Assembly (NCBI RefSeq): GCF_030028105.1
Contig: NC_092370.1
Coordinates: 119,190,221-119,254,220 of the forward strand
Reading direction: 5' to 3'
DNA: 64,000 nucleotides
DNA from: Mobula birostris
Taxonomy: Eukaryota
The notes under the pieces were generated by a model that had not been told where the DNA came from, ran no database searches, and was given only the letters and a program-made list of their open reading frames with translations. Below are positions 40,285 to 51,925 of the stretch, one piece after another. A program made the translations under genes and the position numbers. Each line of letters begins with the position of its first letter. Position 1 is the first letter of the stretch.

Positions 40285-42020
40285 TCAAGAGCAACAGGAT
40301 AACTAGGGAGATGGTGGGACCACTCAAGTGTAAAGAGGGGAACATTTGCTTGGATGCGGAGACTGTGTACCTTGTGTAATGAGCACTTTGCTTCAGTATT
40401 TAGCAAGGAAAAGGATATGGAGGACCAGGAGATCAGTTAAAGTGTTTAGAGGTCAAGGTGGAGGAAGTGATGGGCCTCTTAATAAGTATTAAGGTGGATA
40501 AGTAGCCAGGGCCTGATGGAATTTACCCCAGGTTATTGAAGGAGGTAAGAGATGAGATTTCTGGGCCCTTAAACAGTATCTTAGTGTCCTCTCCAGCCAC
40601 AGGCAAGATCCCGGAGGACTGGCTAGTGTTGCATCTCTTGTTGTAGAGAAATCGCTGGAGAAAATTCTTAGGGATAGGGTAGATGAGCATTTGAAAACCC
40701 ATGGCCTAATTAGGGAGAGACAGTATGGCTATCTGCATGGCAGGTTGTTTCTTACCAACTTGATTGAGTTTTTTGATAAGGAGACAAGAGAGATTGATGA
40801 GGGTAGAGCAGTGGATGTTGTCTATATGGATTTTAGTATGGTGTTTATTAGAGTCCCTCATGGGAGGATAATCCAGAAGATTAAGACGTGTGGGATCCAT
40901 GGCGAATTCGCTGTTTGGATTCAGAACTGTCTTGCGCATAGAAGACAGGGTACAGTAGTTGAAGGGTCTTATTCGAGCAGAGGTCTGTAATTACTGGTGT
41001 TCCACAGAGGTCTGTGCTGGGACCGCTGCTGTTTGTGATGTAAGTAAATGACCTGGATGAAAATGTAGATGGGTGGGTTAGTAAGTTTGTGGATGATACC
41101 AAGATTGCTGGAGTTGTGGATATTGTAGAAGACTGGCAAAGAATACAACGCGATATAGATCATTTGCAGATATGAGCTGAGAAATGGCAGATGGAGTTTA
41201 ACCCAGATAAATGTGAAGTGTTGCATCTTGGTCGAGCAAATGCAATGAGACAGTACACTGTTCAGGGCAAGATCCTTAATAGTGTTGCTGAGCAGAGAGA
41301 TCTTGGGATCCAAGTTCATACTCCTTGAAACTGGCTACACAGGTCAATAAGGTGGTCAGGAAGGCTTATGGAATGCTTGATTTTATTAGTTGAGGCACTG
41401 AGTTCAAAAGCCAGGAGGTTATGTTGCAACTTTATAAAAGTCTGGTTAGGCCACATCTGGAGTATTGCGTACAGTTCTGGTAACTGCACTATAGGAAGGA
41501 TGTTGAGGCTTTGGAGAGGATACAGAAGAGGTTTACCACAATGCTGCCTGGTTTGGAGGGCGTGAGCTGTCACGAAAGGCTGGATCAACTTGGGTGTTTT
41601 CTCCGGAGCATCAGGGGCTGAAGGGAGGCCTGAAAGAGATTTACAAGATTATGAGAGGCATAGACAGGGTTGACATAGAGTACCTGTTTCCCAGGGTTGA
41701 AATGTCTAATACCAGAGGGCATGCATTGAAGGTGAGAGGGGGTAGACTCAATGGGGATGTGAGGGGTGTTTTTACTCAGAGACTTGGATGCCTGGAATGT
41801 GCTGCCTGGTATGGTGGTAGAGACAAATACATTAGAGGCTTTGAAGAGATGTTTGGATAGGCACATGGATGTAAGGAAGATGGAGTGATAGGACATGGTG
41901 TAAATAGGAGAGATTAGTGGTTGGAGTTTCTGATTTGATTTTTAGCTGGTTCAGCACAACATTATAGGCTGAGTGGCCTGTTCCTGTGCTGTACTGTTCT
42001 ATGTTCTATGTTCTATGTTC
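40285..42020 (+). mobile_element. CR1 LINE of a different subfamily, 5'-truncated and decayed
   Basis: LTNLIEFF, VDVVYMDFS; (TTCTATG)n tail at ~41996-42020. Confidence 0.92.
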
Positions 42021-43964
42021 TTTGTAGTTTCTAACTTGTTGAAGTAGTGAAATGGTTTTATTTTCTCTCCTGGCTGTTTCAGGCATTTCCAAGTCTGAAT
42101 GCTTGAAATCATATAGAGCAAAACAATTCTGAATTGTCTTGCTGCTTATTTCTCACCATCTATCAGTGACAAAAATCACTGCATTTTGAACTCAGACACA
42201 TGCAGCTGACACTATTTAAAAACTATTCGCTCAGTACAGTGTAATGTCTAACAGCCACACGTCTTATACGTGGCTAATGCTAGTTAGAAAATGTTTGGCA
42301 ACAGTCTCCCACCCCAATTAAGAAGCATATTGTCCTAAACAAATGAAGGGAATCCTGGCTAATTTCTCAATTTGTTTTTGTTCTTTAACAGTTCTCCCAA
42401 ATAAGCAGCTGCACCATTTAACCGATGGCCCAATTAATCAGAATCCACTGTAATGTGAAAAGTAGCAGACCCAACACGAACCCCCGCAAAACACCACTAA
42501 TCACCAGCAGCCAATCATAAAAGGCCCCTTTTCTTTCCTCTCTTTACCGTCTACTAGTTAGCCAAATTTCTGTCGGTGCTAATGTCTTCCCTGTAATATT
42601 ATCAGCTCTTATCTGGTTCGGAAGCCTCATATGTGGCACCTTGTCAAAGACCCTCTGAACATACAAGTACACAACTTCCACTGACTCACCTTTGTCTACT
42701 CCACCTGCTATTTCCTCTAAGAATTCCAACAGATTTGTCAGGCGAGATTTCCCCTCAAGAAAGCCAGGCTGATTTCCATCTATTTAGTTGTGTGCCTCCA
42801 AGTCCCCTGAAACCTCATCCTTAGTAATGGACTTGTAATGGACAAGGTGAACTTAGTAACACCTTGACAATCTTTGAAATCAGGCAACACAGGAACATAA
42901 GAACGTAAAAAATAGGAGCAGGAGTAGGCCATCTGGCCCATCAAGCCTGCTCCGCCATTCAATAAGATCATGGCTGATCTGCCTGTAAACTCAACTCCAC
43001 CTACCTGCCTTTTCCCCGTAGGCAAACGGGCCTATCACTTCCTTTCTTTTGTCTCCCTCCCTTCTTACAGAGTGGAGCGAGATCTATGATTTTCCAATCC
43101 TCTTGGACCATTCCAGAATCTAGTTGTTCTTGAATGTTCACTACTTCTGTCTTCAGCTACCTTTCTCAGAAAGCTGTGGTGTAGTCCAGCTAGGCCAGAC
43201 GACTCACTACCTTTAGACCTTTCAGCTTCCCAAGCACCTCGCCTTAGTGCTAGTGACTACACTCACTTCTGTCCCCTGAGGCTCTCAAATTTCTGGCATG
43301 CTGCTAGAGTCTTCCACAGTAAGGACAGGTGCAAAATACTTATTCAGTTTGTCCACCATTTCTTTGCTCCCCATTACTATTGCTCCAGCATCATTTTCCA
43401 ACAGTCCGATGTCCACTTTTGCTTTTCTTTTACTCTTTTTATATCTGGAAAAAGCTTTTGGCGTCATCGTTAGTTTATTAGCAAGCTTTTCTTCATATAT
43501 CATCTTTTCTCTCATTAGTTTTTTAGTTACCTTCTATTGATTTTTAAAAGCTTCCGAATTGTCTAGCTTTCCACTAATCTTTGCTATATTATGTGATCTC
43601 CCTTTTGCTTCTATGATGTTTTTGACTTCCCTAGCCAGCCACAGTTGCTCGTCCTCTCTTTAGAATGCCCCTTCTTCTTCAGGCTGAACTGATCCTGCAA
43701 TTTCCAAATTACTCTCAGAATCTCCAGCCATTGCTGCTCTACCATCATCCCTGCTAGTGTTCCCTTCTAATCAGCTTTGGCCAGTTCCTTTCTCATGCAC
43801 CTTTAGTTATTTTCACTCCACTGTAATGCTGATACATCCGATTTTAACCTCTCCCTCTCAAACGGCAGGGTGAATTCTATCATCTTACGATCACTGCCTC
43901 CTAATCAAATCTTGTTTATTACATGACACCCAATCCCGAATCGCCTTGCCCAAGTGGGCTTGAC

Positions 43965-44235
43965 CATTAGCTGCTCTATCCTTGTAGGCTTCCTTATCTC
44001 TGTAAAGTCCTGTCCTACATCCACCCCTATCTCTGTCAAGTCCTCCAGCTCCTACACCCCTCTGTATCTCTGTAAGCTTTTGTCTTAGACCCCTCAGTAT
44101 CTCTGGAAAGTCCTGTCCTACACCCTTTCCTACACCCTTTCCTATCTCTGTAACCTCCTCTAGCTCCTGCACCCTTTCCTATTATTTCACACCTCCAATA
44201 TCCCTCCTTATTATTATAAACCAGTCTAGGCCCTA
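43965..44235. repeat. Degenerate minisatellite of a CCCTATCTCTGTAA..CCTCCAGC.CCTACA motif
   Basis: About 7 imperfect 25-35 bp units. Confidence 0.75.
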
Positions 44236-44724
44236 CACTCATTGTGATCTCTTTCTGAAGGGATTGAGGAGGGTAGGGAATAAAGGATGATAGTGTGGAG
44301 AGATGCTCTGGGTTAGAAGAAAGGTAAAGTAGCCATAATATTTTATCAGCAGATAATGGAGAATAGAATGACTGCTGCTTTGCTTTAGAGTGGAAGTGAC
44401 TGTAGTCAAAGTAAAGATACGACAAGCAACTTATCAGTGTGTTCAGATGTTTGCCTTGCATCTCCAACAACTTGGGTTCAATCCTGATCCTTGGAGATTT
44501 CTGTGTGGAGCTTGCATATTCTCTCTGTAACCACCTGGGTTTCTTCTGGATCCTCCAGTTTCCTGCCACATCCCTAAGAAGTGCACGTCTATAGATTTTA
44601 TGGGAATGTGGGGAGAATAAAATATCAAACAAACAGGAATTCTGCAGATGCTGGAAATTCAAGCAACACACATCAAAGTTGCTGGTGAACGCAGCAGGCC
44701 AGGCAGCATCTCTAGGAAGAGGTG

Positions 44725-44762
44725 CAGTCGACGTTTCAGGCCGAGACCCTTCGTCAGGACTA
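44725..44762 (-). ncRNA. Minimal type I hammerhead ribozyme with intact core
   Basis: Minus strand UAGUC-CUGACGA-AGG(GUCUCGG)CCU-GAAAC-GUC^GACUG: helix I UAGUC/GACUG, helix II AGG/CCU, palindromic ACGU as helix III, GUC triplet. Confidence 0.85.
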
Positions 44763-45057
44763 ACTGAAGGAAGAGTGAGTAAGGGATTTGAAAGTTGGAG
44801 GGGGAGGGGGAGATCCAAAATGATAGGAGAAGACAGGAGGGGGAGGGATAGAGCCAAGAGCTGGACAGGTGATAGGCAAAAGGGGATACGATAGGATCAT
44901 GGGACAGGAGGTCCGGGAAGAAAGACAAGGCGGGGGGGGGGACCCAGAGGATGGGCAAGAGGTATATTCGGAGGGACAGAGGGAGAAAAAGGAGAGTGAG
45001 AGAAAGAATGTGTGCATAAAAATAAGTAACAGATGGGGTAGGAGGAGGAGGTGGGGC

Positions 45058-45831
45058 CTAGCAGAAGTTAGAGAAGTCGATGTTCATGCCATCAGGTTGG
45101 AGGCTACCCAGACGGAATATAAGGTGTTGTTCCTCCAACCTGAGTGTGGCTTCATCTTTACAGTAGAGGAGGCCGTGGATAGACATGTCAGAATGGGAAT
45201 GGGATGTGGAATTAAAATGTGTGGCCACTGGGAGATCCTGCTTTCTCTGGCGGACAGAGTGTAGATGTTCAGCAAAGCCGTCTCCCAGTCTGCGTCGGGT
45301 CTCGCCAATATATAAAAGGCCACACCGGGAGCACCAGACGCAGTATATCACCCCAGTCGACTCACAGATGAAGTGTTGCCTCACCTGGAAGGACTGTTTG
45401 GGGCCCTGAATGGTGGTAAGGGAGGAAGTGTAAGGGCATGTGTAGCACTTGTTCCGCTTACACGGATAAGTGCCAGGAGGGTGATCAGTGGGGAGGGATG
45501 GGGGGGACGAATGGACAAGGGAGTTGTGTAGGGAGCGATCCCTGCGGAATGCAGAGAGAGGGGGGGAGGGAAAGATGTGCTTAGTGGTGGGATCCCGTTG
45601 GAGGTGGCGGAAGTTACAGAGAATAGTATGTTGGACCCGGAGGCTGGTGGGGTGGTAGGTGAGGACCAGGGGAACCCTATTCCTAGTGGGGTGGCGGGAG
45701 GATGGAGTGAGAGCAGATGTACGTGAAATGGGGGAGATGCGTTTAAGAGCAGAGTTGATAGTGGAGGAAGGGAAGCCCCTTTCTTTAAAAAAGGAAGACA
45801 TCTCCCTCGTCCTAGAATGAAAAGCCTCATC
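45058..45831 (-). pseudogene. Penelope-like ORF C-terminus: end of RT thumb, Cys-rich linker, GIY-YIG endonuclease (open frame)
   Basis: FFKERGFP, LVLTYHP, CKRNKCYTC linker, VIYCVWCSRCGLLYIGETRRRL..FAEH, VATHFN, EQHLIFRLGSLQPDGMN. Confidence 0.93.
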
Positions 45832-46343
45832 CTGAACATCTACGCTCTGTCCGCCAGAGAAAGCAGGATCTCCCAGTGGCCACACATTTTAATTCCACAT
45901 CCCATTCCCATTCTGACATGTCTATCCATGGCCTCCTTTACTGTAAAGATGAAGCCACACTCAGGTTGGAGGAACAACACCTTATATTCCGTCTGGGTAG
46001 CCTCCAACCTGATGGCATGAACATCAACTTCTCTAACTTCCGCTAGGCTCCACCTCCCCCTCCTACCCCATCTGTTACTTATTTTTATGCACACATTCTT
46101 TCTCTCACTCTCCTTTTTCTCCCTCTGTCCCTCTGAATATACCTCTTGCCCATCCTCTGGGTTCCCCCCCCCCCGCCTTGTCTTTCTTCCCGGACCTCCT
46201 GTCCCATGATCCTCTCGTATCCCCTTTTGCCAATCACCTGTCCAGCTCTTGGCTCTATCCCTCCCCCTCCTGTCTTCTCCTATCATTTTGGATCTCCCCC
46301 TCCCCCTCCAACTTTCAAATCCCTTACTCACTCTTCCTTCAGT

Positions 46344-46381
46344 TAGTCCTGACGAAGGGTCTCGGCCTGAAACGTTGACTG
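46344..46381 (+). ncRNA. Minimal type I hammerhead ribozyme with GUU triplet
   Basis: TAGTC-CTGACGA-AGGGTCTCGGCCT-GAAAC-GTT^GACTG. Confidence 0.8.
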
Positions 46382-47884
46382 CACCTCTTCCTAGAGATGC
46401 TGCTTGGCCTGCTGCGTTCACCAGAATAAAATATCAGACCAGTTTCTGATGGTTGGTGAAAACTGGCTGGGCTGAAGGGTTTGTTTCTGTGCTGTAGGAC
46501 TCTGTGAGTTTATGAATTTGTCTGCCTACATAGCCCCAGCCAAAGGATCATGTCATCTCAAACCTCTCAGGAGTTTTGTAAGAACACTTATTTATCTGAT
46601 GCAGTTCCTGGTGTAACACAGGCAAGCCAGCAACTAGTCTCAAGTGCATTGTGAAAGACTTTCCAGACTTATAGGATACATTGACTCAATGGGTAACAAA
46701 TAATGAAAGCTTGTTAGTTCAAGTATCATTCCAGAAATCTACCTAGGCTACCACATGCCGTACCAGTAACTGTGGAGTGTTAATCTGTTGGGAAAATATT
46801 AAACTAGACCCCATCTACAAGATCCACCCAGCCTTCTACAACAGCTTCCAAAAGACAGTAGGCACAGGGAACATCATTCCTTGCATCCCTCCTGGTCACT
46901 CCTCACCATGAACTGAAAATGGATCTGCAATGAATACTAGTTCTAGATCTGGAGAATCCCTCAGTGAGAGGTACAGGAACCTGAAGGCCTGTACTTAGTG
47001 ATTTGGAAATGGCCTTTTCCATTCTGCCATCAGATTTCTGAACAGCTCAAGAACCTATGAATGCTACATTGTTATTCCTTTTATTAGGACTTTATTTTTT
47101 GTAATTTATAGTATTTTTATGTATTTACATTGCATTTCACACCATATACAGTGAGTGAGTGGTGATAAATCTGATTCTGATTCAACACTGGGCTAATGAA
47201 GATGGCTCACCACTTCCTTCTCCAGTTGGTGGTGAGACAATATCCTAAATAAGCAAAAAGAACAGCTACTTTGTAGGAATTTGAAGAGTGAAGGAATTCT
47301 CCAAGTAATATTTATCCACAAGCAACATCACTAAAAGCAGGCAATTATCTGTCCATTATCTCACAATTGTCTGTGGACTTCAGCTGTGCGCAAATGGACT
47401 ACAAATACAAGCCTCTCCCTTGAACTAATGTCAACCATAAACAGCTGTGTCTGAAAATGAGTGTACATTAGTGGTGAGCTATGAGATTTCCTCATGCAAG
47501 TGTAATATTTGAATTGACACAAAAGGTCTATTTTGTGTATATTTCCCACCAGCCATAGCAACATCACTTCTAGGCTGCTGACTTAGAATGACATATATTC
47601 TCTCCTCACCATCAAAATATCTAACTTAATCAGCATTCCCACCAGTTTTAAGACAAAATGATGGGTAATGGGTGACTTCACTATTACCACAGTCAATGTG
47701 CAGTTCATCTGTTTGGGTTTTCCGACATGGGCCAAAGTCAAAGTCAAGTTTGTTGTCCTGTGCATAAGTACATATACACACAAGTGCAATGAAGAACTTA
47801 CTTGCAAAAGACATCATAACACCATGGACAAAGTAACCTACTATGCTCTATGACACCTCCACTCAGCCACTCTTCCATTGATTT

Positions 47885-48298
47885 TATCGACCTGCTCCCT
47901 GCTCTACTTGGTTTATCCTTATGACTGTGTGACTAAGCACAACTCCAATGCCATATTTAAGTTTTCCAATGAGACCATTGTCATTGTGGTGACGAATTGG
48001 CATACAGGAGGGAGATTGAAAATCTGGCTGAGTGGTGCCACAACAACAACTTCTCGCTCAATGTCAGCAAGAACAAGGAGCTGATTATTGATTTGAGGAA
48101 GAGGAAACCAGAGGTCCATGAGCCAATCCTCATCAGGGCATCTGAGATAGTGAGGGTCAGCAACTCCTTGGTGTTAACATTTCAGAGGATCTGTCCTGGA
48201 TTACGTGTAATGACAATTACAAAGAAAGCACAGCAGCACCTCTACTTTCTTAGATATTTGCGAAAATTCAGCATTTCATCTAAATCTTTGACAAACAC
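47885..48298 (+). mobile_element. Rex1-type RT fragment, truncated at the hAT element
   Basis: YRREIENLAEWCHNNNFSLNVSKNKELIIDLRK. Confidence 0.8.
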
Positions 48299-48299
48299 C

Positions 48300-50823
48300 T
48301 AGCAAGCATTATTTTTATGATTGGTATTAACTTACAGTCATAGACTACAAGATAGTTGTGATGAGAGAGAGAACAAAATGATGCTATTTTGGCTAAGATT
48401 GTTTTGGGAGCCACATCCTTTCCATTAATAAACCATTTGAAATCGAACATTAGCAGACACAAATGTAGACCTAACTAACGAAACGAATTGTAAATGTAAA
48501 TAATACGACTGCACTTAATTTTTATTAGCCTGCTTCCAGCAATAAAACTCAGACAATGGACACAGTTAGCCTCTAATTTTTATTGAAGTGATCACATTTA
48601 CAATAATAGAATAGTCAGATTATGAATGAATCACAATGTTATGACACAATATTTCATAATGCATTTTTGCTTACTTGTTGAGGTGCATCGAAGAGTGTCA
48701 CTCATTTTTCACTTGCTGCTTCCAGACACCTGATATCTCTTGGCTTTAACCAGTCTGTCAACATCAGGGACCAGTTTCTGGGCAGTTGTGAGTTTCATAA
48801 TGTCATTTAGATGTCCATGTGTCAGCTGCGAGCGCAGTTTGGATTTGTTAATGTTCATTATAGAGAACGCTTGCTCACAGAGATATGTTGTCCCGAACAT
48901 GCAAAGGATCTTTGAGGCAAAGTCTGTCATCTTGGGGTACATCGGTCCCAGGTATTTATAGAATGAGTCCAGACCCACAGTCTCAAATTTATATTTCAAA
49001 GCCGAGTTACACTGAATTTCAATTAGTTCCATTTGGAGTTCCTCCGGCACATCTGATGCTGCGTTGACGGCAAACGGCGAGCAAAATAGTGAGAATTCCT
49101 TCTCGAGCTGAGTGAAGACTTGAAAACAATTCTGAGACTCACTTTTCAGCCGTGATATTTTGTCCTTGTACCTGTCCATGTTGTCATTACTCCCACGAGC
49201 GACACGCACAGACTGCAAAGAGGGGAAATGAGCTGGGTTTCTCCAGGATAGTTGCATCTCCCACAGGTCTAATTTAATTTGAAAGGCACGATTGACGTCG
49301 TAGTATTCCATAACAAGTTTGTTGCGGCCTTGCACGTTAACATTAAGCACATTTAAGTGCTCTGTTATATCCACCAAAAATGCACTGGCTTCCCTCTCTT
49401 GTTCATGAATAGTCCAATTTCCGCACGTAATTGAAAAAAACGTTTGAGCACAACCCCTCTGCTCAACCAGCGGACTTCAGTGTGGTAGGGTAGGCCGTGT
49501 CCAATATTACTTTCGGACAAAAGGGTGTCAAATTGCTGATGGTTGAGTCCCTTGGCTCCAATAAAATTAACCGTTTTGATTACTACATCCATGACATTGT
49601 CCATTTTCAGGCTACTGCTATATAACGTCTCTTGGTGTATAATGCAATGAAAATTCCAGAGTTCCTGCTCTGGATTCCCTGTCTGAACTTTCTCACTGAG
49701 TTTCACAACAACACCTGCATTTTCCCCGACCATGGACGGTGCGCTATCTGTTGCCACGCTGACAGCGTGACTCCAGTCAACCCCCAGTCTGTCCAAGGCC
49801 TCGATGAGGCTGGAGAAAATGTCGTTCGCCGTGGTGGTGTTTGTCATGGGCACCATCTCCGCAAACTCCTCGGTGACGGTCAAAGATGCATCAACGCCAT
49901 GAATAAATATTCCCAAATGAGCTACATCAGTCACGTCGGTGCTCTCACCAATTGCAATAGAGAAGGCAATAAATGACTTTTCCTTGTCTTTTAGTTGACT
50001 GTTCAAATCTCCTGCAAGATCCCCGATTCTCTCTGCCACAGTATTTCTTGACAAGCTGATATTACCAAAAGCCTGTCTCTTCTCTGGGCACACCAGCTCA
50101 GCTGCCATCAGCATGTATGCTTTGATGAATTCCCCCTCTGAGTATGGCTTCGACGCAGCAGCTATTTTGTTGGCAATAATATAGCTGGCCTTGACAGCTC
50201 CATCATGAGTCTCTCAACGTTTGGTGAACACTGATTGCTGTTTTTTCAGAGCTGCTTCAAGCTCGTTTACCTTTTGCGTTCTGAGTCGTCCTGCATACTT
50301 GTCATATTTTTCTCTGTGTGACATCTTGTAGTGTTGTTTGATATTGTACTCTTTTGCCACAGCCACATGTTGCGAGCATATCAGACACACAGGTTTGCCG
50401 TTGACCTCACAGAAGAAAAAGCGATCTTTCCAATTATCATTGAATATCCGACCTTTGATGTCAACTTTTCTATTCGTGGAAAGCATTTTGAACCACAGCA
50501 GCAAACAGTCTCAATCTTGCTACAGGTGTTACTTACCTGAGTACTCTGTGTGTTTATATGTGTCTGATGACATAAGTGGGGCCCTAGTGGTCTTCAGTGC
50601 AGGGTGGTAGATGCTTATGCACAGCGGGTGGTTAACTGCACCCTATTGTTTTCTAATTGCACACAACAAGCTGCCGGCACAGCAGGCAGCACAGACAGCG
50701 GTGGGAGAGAGAGTGGCTGCCTTACAGATACAGAATAAATGGTTGTGAATATGGTTTTTCTCCCCCAAATCATCCCGCAGGCTGGATTGGACCCCTTCGC
50801 AGGCCGGTAGTTTGACACCACTG
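48300..50823 (-). mobile_element. SPIN/GTF2IRD2-like hAT (Charlie/Buster) transposon with a nearly full transposase pseudogene (50504-48709)
   Basis: BED finger (W..RFFF...KPVCLIC...KEYNIKQHY), SLSRNTVAERI, GESTD, ATDSAPSM, HCIIHQE, VRWLSRG, MFGTTYLCEQAFS, KSKLRSQLT; 5' TIR CAGTGGTGTCAAAC at 50823; other TIR not found. Confidence 0.93.
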
Positions 50824-51174
50824 GCTTAGATGGATCTTTGACCAATAAAGATGAACTCTTGCTGTCCCAATCTATGTCATTGTGGCCCCTTATTTTAATT
50901 GTCTACCTGCAGTACACATTCTCTGTAGCTGCTACTCTACAGTATATTCTGCAATCCGACTTTCTCAATGCATGGAATAATCTTTCTCATGGCAGGAAAA
51001 ACAAAACCTTGGTGTAGTACAGTATCTCAGGACAGGTGACAGTACAGAACTGACACTCTAAGGACAGGACCACTGAGAGAGCAGACTTCCCCCAAGCATT
51101 GCCACAGGAGGGTCAGTATTTGCATTGAGATTTTGAACACCAACACCAACAGAGAGCAATGTGTTCCTTTAAAA

Positions 51175-51925
51175 CAAACTCCCTGAAAGTGGCTGCACAA
51201 GTTGACAGGGTGATAGAGAAGGCCTGTGGTATGCTTGCCTGTATTAGTCGGGACACTGAGTTCAATAGTCGGAAAGTTGCATGCAGCTTTGTAAAACTCT
51301 AGTCACATCTAGAGCATTGCATTTCATTATAGGATGGATGTGGAGGTTTTGGAGACAGTGCAGAAGAGTGTTACCGGGCTGTTGCTTAGAGTAGAAGGCC
51401 AGTACTATAAGGAGAGGTTGGACAAATTAGTGTTGTTTTCATGCAGCATCAAAGGCTGAGTGGGTATCTGATCAAGGTTTATGAGATTATGAGGGGCATA
51501 GATGGAGTAGAGAGCTGGTATCTTTTATCCAGTGCCAAGATGTCTTATACTAAAGGGCATGCATTTAAGTGAAGAGGAGGTTAAATTCAAAGGAAATGTG
51601 TAGGGCAATTTGGTTTCTCACACAGAGTGATGGGGGACGTGAAATGAACTGCCTGGGGTATTGCTAGAGGCAAATATGATAGCAATATACACAAAATGCT
51701 GGAGAAACTCAGCAGGTCAGGCAGCATCGAAGGAAAAGAGTACAGTCAACGTTTTGGGCTGAGACCCTTTTCTCTTGTTTGCAAATATGATAGTGCTGTT
51801 TAAGAGGTTCATAGAGAAGCATGGGATGAAGGGATTTGGATGTTGTGGAGGCCAATGGATTATTTTAGTTAATTCGGTATAACGTATGGTGCCCGTTCCT
51901 CTGCTGCACTGTTCTATGCTCTATG
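51175..51925 (+). mobile_element. Decayed CR1 3' fragment
   Basis: Colinear with 41320-42020; ends GTTCTATGCTCTATG. Confidence 0.85.
51683..51780. mobile_element. 98-bp Penelope-terminus insertion with inverted structure and 13-bp TSD
   Basis: GCAAATATGATAG at 51670-51682 and 51781-51793; insert is the terminus fragment plus the inverted end TTCTCTTGTTT. Confidence 0.85.

Larger units (their letters stand above)
38451..42450 (-). mobile_element. Tigger-like element of the 19709 family, fragmented by three later insertions
   Basis: Left end CAATAGATTCTGGCTATTTTGGG, right end CCAATTAATCAGAATCCACTG|TA; internal pieces at ~39095, ~40255 and 42017-42450 match the reverse complement of 19709-20523. 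Confidence 0.8.
38085..43960 (-). mobile_element. Older CR1 LINE in two pieces (38085-38448 and 42451-43960), outer layer of a nest
   Basis: RT sequence is colinear across the Tigger insertion; fragments VEVVYLYVQRVFDKVPH and KLNKYFAPVLTVED. Confidence 0.85.
44628..46422 (-). mobile_element. Penelope-like retroelement (Neptune-type), 5'-truncated with an inverted terminal duplication, inserted in a V-SINE
   Basis: GIY-YIG ORF; arms 44682-45272 and 45832-46424 are reverse complements; 14-bp TSD AGAATAAAATATCA at 44614-44627 and 46423-46436; host SINE halves at ~44440-44627 and 46437-46505. Confidence 0.95.

Noticed and set aside
44036-44857. 273-aa minus-strand ORF
   Set aside because: Chimeric read-through of PLE 3' UTR, SINE and minisatellite.
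45840-46421. 193-aa ORF and its mirror ORFs at 44679-45264
   Set aside because: Antisense reading of the pyrimidine-rich PLE terminal region.
48709-50504. Domesticated GTF2IRD2/EPM2AIP1-type host gene
   Set aside because: Premature stop, frameshift, mutated catalytic Asp and a retained TIR indicate a dead transposon.
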